NCBI RefSeq assembly: GCF_041146345.1 | Contig: NW_027191402.1 | Coordinates: 558,001 to 622,000, forward strand | Length of the DNA: 64,000 bases | Reading direction: 5' to 3' | Origin: Neodothiora populina | Taxonomy: Eukaryota | In this document: positions 24,702 to 34,622 of the stretch, piece by piece | Position numbering within the stretch: position 1 is the stretch's first letter | Layout: every line of letters begins with the position of its first letter | The notes under the pieces: generated by a model | Database searches by the model: none | What the model was told of the DNA's origin: nothing | Seen by the model: the letters and a program-made list of their open reading frames with translations, nothing else | Program-made: the position numbers and the translations under genes

Positions 24702-26989
24702 TCACAATCCTCGCCAGCTGGTCTTCATGAGATGATCAGCCTTCTTCCTCGTTCCTCTCACGAGTCCCAAACATTTCAGCTCTGCCAAGGACCGCTGGAA
24801 GAGAGCCCTGTGACATGTTAGTTGATTCTTGCGAACAATGGAAAAGTGGCGGGCTTATGTAATTCTTACTTTACTCGAGCTTCCTCTTGCTCGCCTGCAT
24901 TCATGATTGCGATGAATGCCGTCTGTAAATCGCTGGCATTGATCATTGCGCCGCTCTCAAGATACAATTGGTAAAGAACAGCAGTGGCGGGTTGTGAAGA
25001 AGACAGAGTGCTCTCATCTGCACTATCTGAGGTGGGTGCACAGCACGCGCAATCGAGATAGTCGTGTGGAGCAGCCAAAGCACGTTCGATAGCGAAACGG
25101 GGCTTTGGCGTGAAAACGTCTCGGAGAGGCGATTTGAGATCGTAGAGAAATATTTCGTGGAAGACCAGTGTCTGAGGATCCAGTAATGTCCGAGCCAAGT
25201 AGTTTTCCAGGGTAGACATGAGTCGATGTAGTAGGTTTGTGTAGGCTGAGTCGCCCTTGGTCATGGTCAACTTTTGCTTGCTCAATTCGACCTTTTTAGC
25301 GATAACCGTCGTTCTCAGTGTAGAGTGCTGAAGATCTTCTTCGCTGCGGAGAGGCCCGTTACCCTCGGTTTGCTCCTGCAGGAGTTGATCAAGCTCGTGC
25401 AACATTTCCCGGAATGCCTCGCCCAGTTCTTCTTCGGCGACGGCATCCAATTGTAAGAGAAGTTTCCTCAGGCCTGCCGAATTGGTTTTACGTAGTCGCA
25501 ACATGATCGTCCGCTCCCATGGCGATGCGTAGAGTTGGCCACAAAGGGCATCGACCATAAGCGAGGACCTGGGGGTCTGCTGCGTAGTGGCAGGATCGGC
25601 CTGTAGAGCATGTAACACTCGAACGGCGTGGGACAGCCTGTCGAGAGCTGACGTTCCAGCAGCTACATGTGTCTTGACATGTCGGAGGATGGCATCATCA
25701 TTCTCTAGCAAGTCTCTTACGAGAGATATCTGACGGTCTTCGAGCAGTGCATGTACATGACTGCAATCGAGTCAGAATCGTGGATATAGCATATGATATT
25801 GTTGAACCTACTAGCGAAAGGAGGGAAGATGTCTCAGCGCCTTGAAGTGATCCGGAGCGACTTGTGATCGAGATATCGTGCTGTCGAGAAAGACTGTGAG
25901 AGCATTGGCGTAGAAGTGAGACATGTATGCATACTTGGAACAGTGTTAGTGCATTGTTGCTTGTCAAAATAAGGGCATTACCCACGTGAATGCTATCAGT
26001 GAAGGCGTCTAGACTCTGGATGTGATCTCGCTGGCGTCTTAGTACAGCTTCGCAAACACCACTGCCCACCCAGACCAGGCCGTCTCGAAGAAAAACGCTT
26101 TCGAAGGCTTGTTCGAGAGCCACATCGGCTTTGACCACGTCGAATCGTCGTCCACTGATGCATTGAGTGGCTCTTCTTGATAATTTCGACTGAAAGTCTT
26201 GGATTGTTGTTGCAATACCAAACAGGAAGACAAAGGGTATTCTGTCTCTCCAACATCTGCCTTTATGTTAGTGGAGCTTCACACATAACGAGGTGGGCCA
26301 GAGCAAACTTTAGTAGTTCGATAACTTCAGACAAAAGATGGCCGTCGAATGCTTCACAGTCTTGAAATGCAACTACAACTCGAGTGACCCTATGTCGTTG
26401 AACGTGATGCTGAAGAGCACAAAGATCATAATTGAGCAAGCGGACGGGCTTTCTCTTCGCTTTGAGTCGAGCTTGACCATCGTCATCGTCGTCGGCCTCC
26501 TCTGTGGCCTCAGGGTCAGTAGCAACTGCTTTCTGTATTAGATGCTTGAGCAGAGTCTTGAGGTTTGGAGCGACCGAAGACGTCAAGGTGACGAAAACAT
26601 CGCTGTCAGGCTGAACAGCTGTTGTCGACAATTGCTCGAATAGCAATGAATGGGAAGCAATGCTAGGACCGGTGAGAACCAAGGCCGATAGGATCTTGTC
26701 GATGGAGCCACCTTCTGTCGTGTCTCGGATGAATTTTGATATCTGATCGACTGTGGTCTTGTTGATTCTGTATTGTAGATCCTAGACTGACGTTAGCTCA
26801 GACCTTCTATTGATTGACATGTGCCGCGACCTTCAGACGCTGTGCCTGAGCAGACCACAATGTCTCGAATGTGGACTTTCGCAGAGGCCAAGAAGTATGC
26901 AGTCCAGAAGGCTCGAGACGACGTCTTTTACTTGGCCGAGTACCACCGCCAGACTTGGGCTTGAATACATAGCGAGTCTCGAAGTCCAT
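24702..26989 (-). CDS. ORC3: Origin recognition complex subunit 3
   Basis: ATG at 26989. Introns 26830-26782, 26308-26257, 25985-25934, 25811-25761 and 24869-24808 keep the frame. Motifs LLNYDL, FQDCEAFD, RIPFVFLFGIATT, YAYMSHFYANAL, PHDYLDCACC, ALFQRSLAELKCLG. Confidence 0.93.
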
Positions 26990-27526
26990 TGATTCGTAGA
27001 TGTATAGAAGAAGCAGAGATCCCGTAGTCGCAGTATAGACGGGGAGTGGTTTTATACTTGTCAATTACAGGTGGGTCTTTTATCAGCCTGTATGAACCGT
27101 GTATGTCTACCACTATGGTCTATGAGAATATACAGAACCAGATGCTTCGGCAAACCACATACCACTAGCCTTGTGTAGTAATTAGTCTATACGATATATC
27201 CAGTATATCACCGAACTCTTCTTACAAAGTACAGTTTTACAATGTTGACATGAATGTTCCTGGCACGGGGACGGATACATAACAGAAGCTAAGCCTGAAA
27301 GGGTAAATTTACTGTAACAATCGCCATCAGGGTCCCGCAATCGCGTTCTGTCTGCATCCCGTCTCTCTATCAAATGATTTCTGAAGAACTGATTTATTTT
27401 CTTTGCGTATCCCTCTCCTGCACTCCAACCATCGTCCTGACACCCAACTTATGTGTCCAACCAATCACATCGCTCTATATTCCATGCAAGCGTGATCACG
27501 CGTGCCAAACTGAAACAACAAAATTC

Positions 27527-30043
27527 ATGCACCCATCCTGTTTCCGTAGGACGATTATACAGCCGCGCCTATTCCAGCAGGCGTGTCGTCTCGCCTCGAC
27601 CAGACAAAGTCCGGTCAAGCGTGGACTGACCTCTTCCCAAAGATCCCGGGCAGTGCCATCCACCCACCCCGACAAGGAGATCGAAAATGATGACGATGAC
27701 GACATCAGATGGTTCGAGAAGGATGTCGAGACAGGCGCCATCCGCAGAGTCGCCGGTGATCCAAACGAGATGGAGAGGAAGGAGCTTCGAGACAAGATTC
27801 TGGCACTAGAGGCAGAGCTCAAAGAGTATGAGTCCGAGGATTCGATCAAAGACATGATGGGTGTGCTGGAGCCACAAGAAAGGGCCAAAGTGGAAGCTGC
27901 ACTGCAAGGGCGAAAGAGCAAAGAGCAGGCCTTGACCACTGGTCTTGAGATCAGACACGAGCTCCCGCCACTGACCGGACCTGTTCTCAAGCGTCTTAAC
28001 GCGAGTCTGCATGACGCTGCTCTCCATCCCACGTCGACAAAGCGTCGCAAGGATCTGTGGCGGTGGTATATCCGAGGCAAGACCAACATCCCTGCCCTGC
28101 CTAGTATGATCCCAGCACGCGCATGGGAAGTCTTGTGGAAAACCCAGTCTGTCGAGTCCCCGACCAATCCTCAGCGTTTGCGACACATGACCTTTTTGCT
28201 CGATGATATGGTCTCCGTCGGCCACCGTTTGACCAAGGAGCAGAGATACATCTACGTCGACGCTCTGCTCGAGATGGGCGAGACGGAAAAGGCACTACAG
28301 AGATGGGAGGCGGAATATGCTTCTGATATTGGGTCGCGTCACGTCACCCTCGAATTGGGTATTTCCATATTCACCAAGCTTGGTCATCTCGATCGCGCGC
28401 ACCACCTTCTGCAAGAGTACCTGGAGCAACATCGCAACCGCAATCCTCGAGTCATCCTCCCACTCATCAAGGCCAACGTGCAGATCGGAAACGACCACAT
28501 GGCATTTTCACTCTATCTATTCATGCGTGCCAGGCTCGGCGGAGCCATGACTGTCGACGACTATGACACCGTTTACCTGTACTTCCTCAACAAGGACAAG
28601 AAAGACCTCGCCCTCGCCGTTTTTCGTGACATGATGCTTCAGGGGAGCTGGCAGCTGCGGGATCCTTTTGTTACACAGAAGAAGCAGGATGATCTCTACG
28701 AAGTCATGACTAATCGGATGGACATGCTGCACTCTTCTGCCGTGACTTCATCCGAGGTGAACAATGTGTCTCTCGCCGCCCTGACCGCTCTACCCCATGA
28801 GTGGCAGAACAAGTACTTTTACGCCGCCTGGTTGAAGCGCTTGTTGGGTCTGAACCGTGTCGAGGCCGCGGCGAAGGTCATTGAGCTCATGTACGAACGT
28901 GGTCTCGAACCAGACGCGAACCATATGAGCGGCTTGATCGCCGCTTACTTACGTCTGGAAGATCCAGCATCACGCGAGCAAGGTCTAGCGCTTGGCTGGT
29001 CGATGATACAGCAACGTCTTGACTTTGCATTTCAGCGCCGCGAATTGAAACGACAAGGCCGGAACTTGCCTATTGCCTCCGTCCACTATTCTCAGGAGGG
29101 CCCTGGACCGATTTCGGTTTACAAGCCGTCAGAAGAGGCCAAGCAACCTCTCGAACTACCAGTTCGCATCGCCAGACCTCTTCCGAGAGCTACAATTGAG
29201 ACGTTCAATGTCTTGATCCTACACTACGTTTTGCATGAACAGTGGGAACATGTATATCATCTCGAGCGGATGTTGCGCCCCGCAGAAATCAAGCCAGACA
29301 CCTACTTCCGGAACCACATCCTACAAACCGAGCTGTACGACAAAAATGCACAGCTGGTTTGGAGACATTTCGTTTCTTCTGCTAGAGCTATAGCTCCTGA
29401 CATGTTGACCTACCAATGTCTGTGGACAGCTGAACTCAATTTCCTCAATGGCGACGATCGCACCGGGTTCCCGTTGCCTCGCAGGCTGTTCTCGGTAATG
29501 ACTACTTGGCTGTCTAGCTTGGACGAAAGCGACAGCGCGGCGGCAAAGGAGGCCTTCGACCTCGACATCTACGGCAGGATCATACAGAGTTTCTGCTTGG
29601 AGAAGGATCTGGCCGGCGGCTTGGTCGCCGTGCACGCGCTGGCCCAGCACTTTGGGCAGTATCCCGACCACGACATCGCCGAGGTCATCGCGACGGCAGT
29701 CTCGAACATATCAGAGGTGCGCCCGCCGACCACACGTTCTCGGAGATCACGTGTCCAGCTGCCTGCCAGCCAAGCTAGATACAAGAACACAACGAAGGTT
29801 CTGGAAGCGGTGGCGAGCCGGCGAGAAAAGGCTGCCTTGGAACTTGGGGTGGACCCCAAGAAATTGGAAGGTCAGGAGAGAGCAGAGGAAAACCTGAATT
29901 CCTTGTCTGAGTTTCTGCGGACAGTGCTTGTGCGAGTCCTGGGTGACGCAGCGACGGTCGAATCGGCCATTGCCCAAGCAGCAGAGGAAATGGGCGTCCC
30001 AGGGATCCGGACTGGCGACATTGACGCGTACAATGTCATGTAG
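27527..30043 (+). CDS. Probable mitochondrial pentatricopeptide-repeat (PPR)-like protein
   Basis: Long ORF with an Arg/Ser-rich, acid-free N-terminus from ATG 27527. Degenerate PPR-like units: LALAVFRDM, AAKVIELMYERGLEPDANHMSGLIAAY, TIETFNVLILHY, EIKPDTYFRN, PDMLTYQCL. An upstream in-frame ATG exists at 27374. Confidence 0.75.
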   Translation: MHPSCFRRTIIQPRLFQQACRLASTRQSPVKRGLTSSQRSRAVPSTHPDKEIENDDDDDIRWFEKDVETGAIRRVAGDPNEMERKELRDKILALEAELKEYESEDSIKDMMGVLEPQERAKVEAALQGRKSKEQALTTGLEIRHELPPLTGPVLKRLNASLHDAALHPTSTKRRKDLWRWYIRGKTNIPALPSMIPARAWEVLWKTQSVESPTNPQRLRHMTFLLDDMVSVGHRLTKEQRYIYVDALLEMGETEKALQRWEAEYASDIGSRHVTLELGISIFTKLGHLDRAHHLLQEYLEQHRNRNPRVILPLIKANVQIGNDHMAFSLYLFMRARLGGAMTVDDYDTVYLYFLNKDKKDLALAVFRDMMLQGSWQLRDPFVTQKKQDDLYEVMTNRMDMLHSSAVTSSEVNNVSLAALTALPHEWQNKYFYAAWLKRLLGLNRVEAAAKVIELMYERGLEPDANHMSGLIAAYLRLEDPASREQGLALGWSMIQQRLDFAFQRRELKRQGRNLPIASVHYSQEGPGPISVYKPSEEAKQPLELPVRIARPLPRATIETFNVLILHYVLHEQWEHVYHLERMLRPAEIKPDTYFRNHILQTELYDKNAQLVWRHFVSSARAIAPDMLTYQCLWTAELNFLNGDDRTGFPLPRRLFSVMTTWLSSLDESDSAAAKEAFDLDIYGRIIQSFCLEKDLAGGLVAVHALAQHFGQYPDHDIAEVIATAVSNISEVRPPTTRSRRSRVQLPASQARYKNTTKVLEAVASRREKAALELGVDPKKLEGQERAEENLNSLSEFLRTVLVRVLGDAATVESAIAQAAEEMGVPGIRTGDIDAYNVM

Positions 30044-30164
30044 ATTAGGTCGGATCTAGCCTGCATATGAAATCTGCCTAGGTCGAAGCTTTTCATGTAT
30101 GATATGAAGCGGTCGTTGGATAATGTATATAGCAGGCATAGCATGCCGTACTCCTCTCGGTTGT

Positions 30165-31088
30165 TCAATCGTGGTCCTCCTCGGTCTTGCCAGGACATCC
30201 CTTCATGGCGTCGCCGGTATATCGATATTTGCACCAGAAACAGTAATTGTATGTCTCGCGTAGGTATTCAACGATCTGGCGTAGTCTTTCGGCGGGATCC
30301 AAGGCATTAAACTGATCGAACTCGACATCCTCGGACTCCAGCTCTTCGATCTCTGTTCCCAGGGCTAGCTTGTCGTCTGCGTCTTCGTCGTCGCTCGCGC
30401 CCAGCCCTTGTGAGACTTCAGAGCGATGCGCGCGCTCTCTCTCCTTGTCTGCTCTGTTATAGACGAGAGCGCGCCACAGGAGATTGGGTTTAGTGCTGTT
30501 GCGACCAGCCGAAGCAGTCTCCGGAGTCGCAGCATCATCAGAACCTCTATCATTCGTCTGGCCCTCCTCCTCCACCGCTTCAGTATCGAATTTCTCAGCA
30601 ATGCGCATCGCACCCCACATCATGCCCTCATTCCTCTTCTCCTCCCTCTCGCGCCGATTCCTCTCTCTGAACTCATTCTCATCGACCTTGTGTCTCTTCT
30701 CCTTAGTCTGTACCGCATCCATGTACTCCCTGACCTTACGCTTCTTCTCGCTATCCGCCCCAATCCCCCCACGGTCCCCCTTCATCTCGACCTGAATAGG
30801 CTGCGTGCGCGCGTCCTCGGCGTTTCCCAATGCGCCGCCCTTGTAACCCAGCTTGGCCATAAGTCGAGCGCCTTTGCTCGACGGGTCGGAGATGGTGCTC
30901 GCTGCCAAGGCCGACTCGCGTTTTGCTGCGGCTTCGGCCTCTAGTTCTGCTTTGCTTTTGGGCCGGCCGCGCAGTTCGGCGTGTTTGCGTGCCTGTTGTT
31001 TGCGCTGCAGCGAGGTCGAGGCGGGAGTGGGGTCGGGGTCTGCGAAGGACATGGACATGTAGTCGTCTTCTTCTTCGGCGGTGGCCAT
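30165..31088 (-). CDS. G-patch domain protein (GPATCH11/Cmg1-like, C-terminal DUF4187 Cys motif)
   Basis: Starts MATAEEEDDYMSM. G-patch SKGARLMAKLGYKGGALG...PI...DRGGIG. C-terminus YLRETYNYCFWCKYRY...CPGKTEEDHD. Confidence 0.9.
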   Translation of the reverse strand: MATAEEEDDYMSMSFADPDPTPASTSLQRKQQARKHAELRGRPKSKAELEAEAAAKRESALAASTISDPSSKGARLMAKLGYKGGALGNAEDARTQPIQVEMKGDRGGIGADSEKKRKVREYMDAVQTKEKRHKVDENEFRERNRREREEKRNEGMMWGAMRIAEKFDTEAVEEEGQTNDRGSDDAATPETASAGRNSTKPNLLWRALVYNRADKERERAHRSEVSQGLGASDDEDADDKLALGTEIEELESEDVEFDQFNALDPAERLRQIVEYLRETYNYCFWCKYRYTGDAMKGCPGKTEEDHD

Positions 31089-31653
31089 TGTAGATGGTTG
31101 GTGTCTTTGATGGAGGGACAGGAGCTGGTGCAGGTCGAGAGAGGGAGGTTGTTGGTAATATAGAATAAGGTAGTGTCTGGTAGAGATGCAGCAGGTCATT
31201 GTCCGTGCATTCCTTCATTAATTGTAACCTTTTCAGAAAGAGCAACTCGTATCGATAAGATGATCGTCTATCGATAGGCCCTGCCCTCAGTGCCGCTAGG
31301 ACCGCTCGCCTTTCTCATGCTGTGATGCCGTTGTCCGCCAGTGTAACGCTTGTACTTTGTACAGGACAGGGTCCATCACCACCAAGAAAGTTCTCGGTCT
31401 CTGTTCCGGTGCTCTTTATAATGCCGAAGACGTCAGTAAGACCTCTTGTCTTTTCTTGACCGCAAAGGGATTTCATCAAGGCTGTTTCCTCACCTGTGAG
31501 TACTAGCGAATCCATGCGTTGAACGAACGCTCCGCCACATCACATCTACAACTTGTACTTCTCCCGGGCCTAATGCTCCCTCTGCCAACTACACGTTTTT
31601 GCGCATCGTGTATGCATGTAGACGTCTAGAGGCTGGTCCGTCGAGCAGGCATC

Positions 31654-33294
31654 ATGAATCTGGGATCTCTCCCAGGCTACTATTGGGGTAATACTGCCTT
31701 TGCATCGTAATATATCTTGCGAACATCGAAAAACCTGACGTGGTACAGATGCCGAGAAACGGAAATATTTCCCACTGTTGGCTAATCACGTCGCCCCGGA
31801 AGGCGCCAAATACTCTCGCGAGAATGTGAAGAGAGAAAAGGAGCAATCAAGGGTTCGTACTAGACTTTCTGCTCTCACTTGATATCACTTCCTCTCGACA
31901 CCTGGTCTATCGTCTTCCTTACAATTTCAGACTTGCCCCCTTCCTTGCATTCTACCCTACCTCACTTCGATCCAGTGCGGTCCATCATGCTGAACGCTTT
32001 CAATGCGGATTTTCAGAAACGAAGGAAGACGGCTGCCTTCCAAAAGAAAAAAGCCACAGAGACTGTCAAACGATCGCGCGTCCTGCAGTCTTCGTTGATT
32101 ACCGGCATCGGTCTGTCCAGGGAGCATGGCATCGCTTCTCGCTTGACCACCCAGGAGGCCAGGGTTGCTGCGATGGGTTCGCAGTTCCAGAGTTCTGACC
32201 TTCTCAGTCTCAAAGGCTGCGAGAGCTGTGGCAAGCGAGACACTGTCTTCGACTTTGCCATGGACCCAGCGACAGACGCTATCGTCTGGGGACTTGGCTC
32301 CCAGTCGTTTGGACGGATTCAATATCTAGCAGAGTACGTTTTGAGATCTCTGACTTCTGTTTGATTAACTGACCCTCTCTCTAGTCCTCAATACACCCAT
32401 GACCTGGCAGTCTTCAGCTCTGAGATTTCCTCTATATCCGTCACATCTCAGCGGACCGTGTTTGGCACAGCACACACTTCAAGCCATCCTGGCAACGTCT
32501 TTATCGCCGGACTTTCCGAACCTTCGGACGACAATGCCATCTTCCCCATCGTGGACTCGCCTGCTCCTAGCTACCTGCGCCTTGGAGACGAAGACACGGA
32601 CCTTTGGACATCTAGCCCTAACCCTGCAGGTGGCCTGGACATCGTTGCCATCGGCGGCTCAAGCGACGTCTACATGGTCGGCAGCGAAGGCACTCTGTTA
32701 CAGACCTACCACGTCGGAGCCGACGTCCGCTGCATGGACTGGTTGAGTCCCACTCTCGCAGTCAGCGGAACGCGAAGAAAAGGCGTCCTCCTTTTCGACG
32801 CTCGCGCAGGCGGTTCATCCACGAGATTCATCCACAACAGCGGCATCACCGGCGTGCGAAGCCTAGGCAGCGGATCCCAGATCCTAGTCGTTGGCTTCGA
32901 CGGCATGGCCGTCTACGACGTCCGCATGCCCGCGGCGCGAATCCCCACACGCCACCATTACCACCACCACCAACCCCCATCTCCAGCGCTGTTCCGCATG
33001 CCCTTCAAGACCGAACGCCCCTCCACTGCACTAGACATCTACCGAGACGCGAGCATCGCCGCCGTGGCAGACGACACTAACGTCATCAGACTGCATTCGC
33101 TGTTGACTGGCAAACTCATCGGCGAGCTGGGCAAGCCTGATTGGTCTGTGGCTCCTAATCATGCGAACCCCAGAGGCGCGATTTCGCGCATGCGGTTTTC
33201 GGACGACGGCGATGCCAAGCCTACGCTGTTGGTTTCGCAGGGTCCGGATCTTAGGGAGTGGTCGTGGGGTGGTATGGAAGATGACGAGTACTGA
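31654..33294 (+). CDS. WD40-repeat protein, DCAF4/WDR21-like (putative Cul4-DDB1 substrate receptor)
   Basis: Exons 31654-31687, 31749-31852, 32017-32333 and 32385-33294 join in frame. N-terminal LPGYYWDAEKRKYF is characteristic of DCAF4/WDR21, and DxR motifs LFDAR and VYDVR are present. Confidence 0.75.
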
Positions 33295-34090
33295 GAGCTG
33301 CCTCTTTTGCCGGGAGTCAACTCGGTCCGATCAACCTGTCTTTTTTTTCACTGTTCACTTCGGCTTTTCTTCTTTTTTCTTTCTTCTTTTTCTGCTTTTT
33401 CTCATACATGTATCGCGAAGGCGTAACACGGCGTAACGGGGACGGGAGCGCAGCAGACAGAGCAAATCCAAGAAAAGGGGGCCAATAATACACGGGGACT
33501 CTGCGGTTCAGGGGAGAAGTGTTTTTCTATTCTCCTTTCTATTGCTCTTCTCTTTATTCTCTTTCTTTGCTAGTTCTCTGCTGCACATGAAGCTACACAC
33601 GACCGGCGGTTAGGAGCCATGGCATGGCATGGCATGGCTGGATGGGTCCGTTGAAGTAGGTACCTTATGTACATACAGGGTACATACAGACATTACAGAC
33701 ATTACTGACACTACATCGAGAACAGACGACTCCATTCCTTTGCATGAGATAGAACACCGCTCGCTCTGCAGGATGGTACTTGTTTGTCTGATGTGAGTAT
33801 GATCAAAGATATGCATCCATCTCTCCCTATCGCTCGCTCTTGTGAAATCTCTAAGGTAAGCTAGGCTTACTGTACGTCTGGCTTCTACCTACAGCTAGAT
33901 CCCCTCTCAAGCATCTACTTGGTTAGTTGGTTGTCGAAGCTTCTGCCTCGACCTCTCTGCACGCCACTATCGCCTTCGCCTTCGCTATCGCCTTCCCTGG
34001 CGCCCCCTCGTTCACAGATCAAAACAGGGAGAACATCGACAATAGGGCGGGTAAAAGAGGTAAATTGAGATTTTATTTTCTCTTACTTCA

Positions 34091-34332
34091 CCATCGCCCA
34101 TCGCCATCGCCATCGCCATTGCATAGCTAGCTAGCAGTTTGCGACACGGTACGACATGACACGGCACGGTATGGTACGGTATGGTATGGTATGGTACGGT
34201 ATGGTATGGTATGGTATCTAAATGTGCCTGCCTGCCGCTGGCAAGAAGCCTGTATAAGAAGCAGGTAGATAGGTGGGTAGGTAGGGTAAACTAAAAGTAC
34301 GAGTACGACAGGGTACGACAGGGTACGACAGG
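34091..34332. repeat. Cluster of short tandem repeats: (CCATCG)n, (GGTAY)10, (GTACGACAGG)3
   Basis: Direct reading at about 34091-34118, 34168-34217 and about 34302-34332. Confidence 0.9.
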
Positions 34333-34622
34333 TCGGGAAGGGGGTATATTCCATTTTCGGAAGCAAAAATCAAAATCAAAGCAGGAGATATAAAACAAGT
34401 TTCAAAGCAAGAAACGCCGAAAAGGCCAAGAGAGCAGCAAGCATAAACGTCCCTGTCTGAACATGGCCATGTGTCGCCGGTCTTTTTCCGAGAATAGGAA
34501 ATTGCCCCTGTGGAGAAAAAGGGACATGTATTGATGATCCAACGAGGAGAACCAACCGTGTCGTCTGTTTCAACGCAGAGAGCGGCAGCTTCGGACAGGA
34601 AGAAAAGCAAAAAGATCAAGAA

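Noticed and set aside
31318..31600. GCTGTGATG start with a downstream T5 run, reminiscent of fungal SRP RNA
   Set aside because: I see no helix-8 AGG...GNRA...GCA motif and no long closing helix. It is more simply the divergent promoter of the G-patch and WD40 genes.
32616..32624. Telomere-like CCCTAACCC (a similar word occurs at about 62608-62617)
   Set aside because: Both fall inside coding exons, which shows that such short matches arise by chance.
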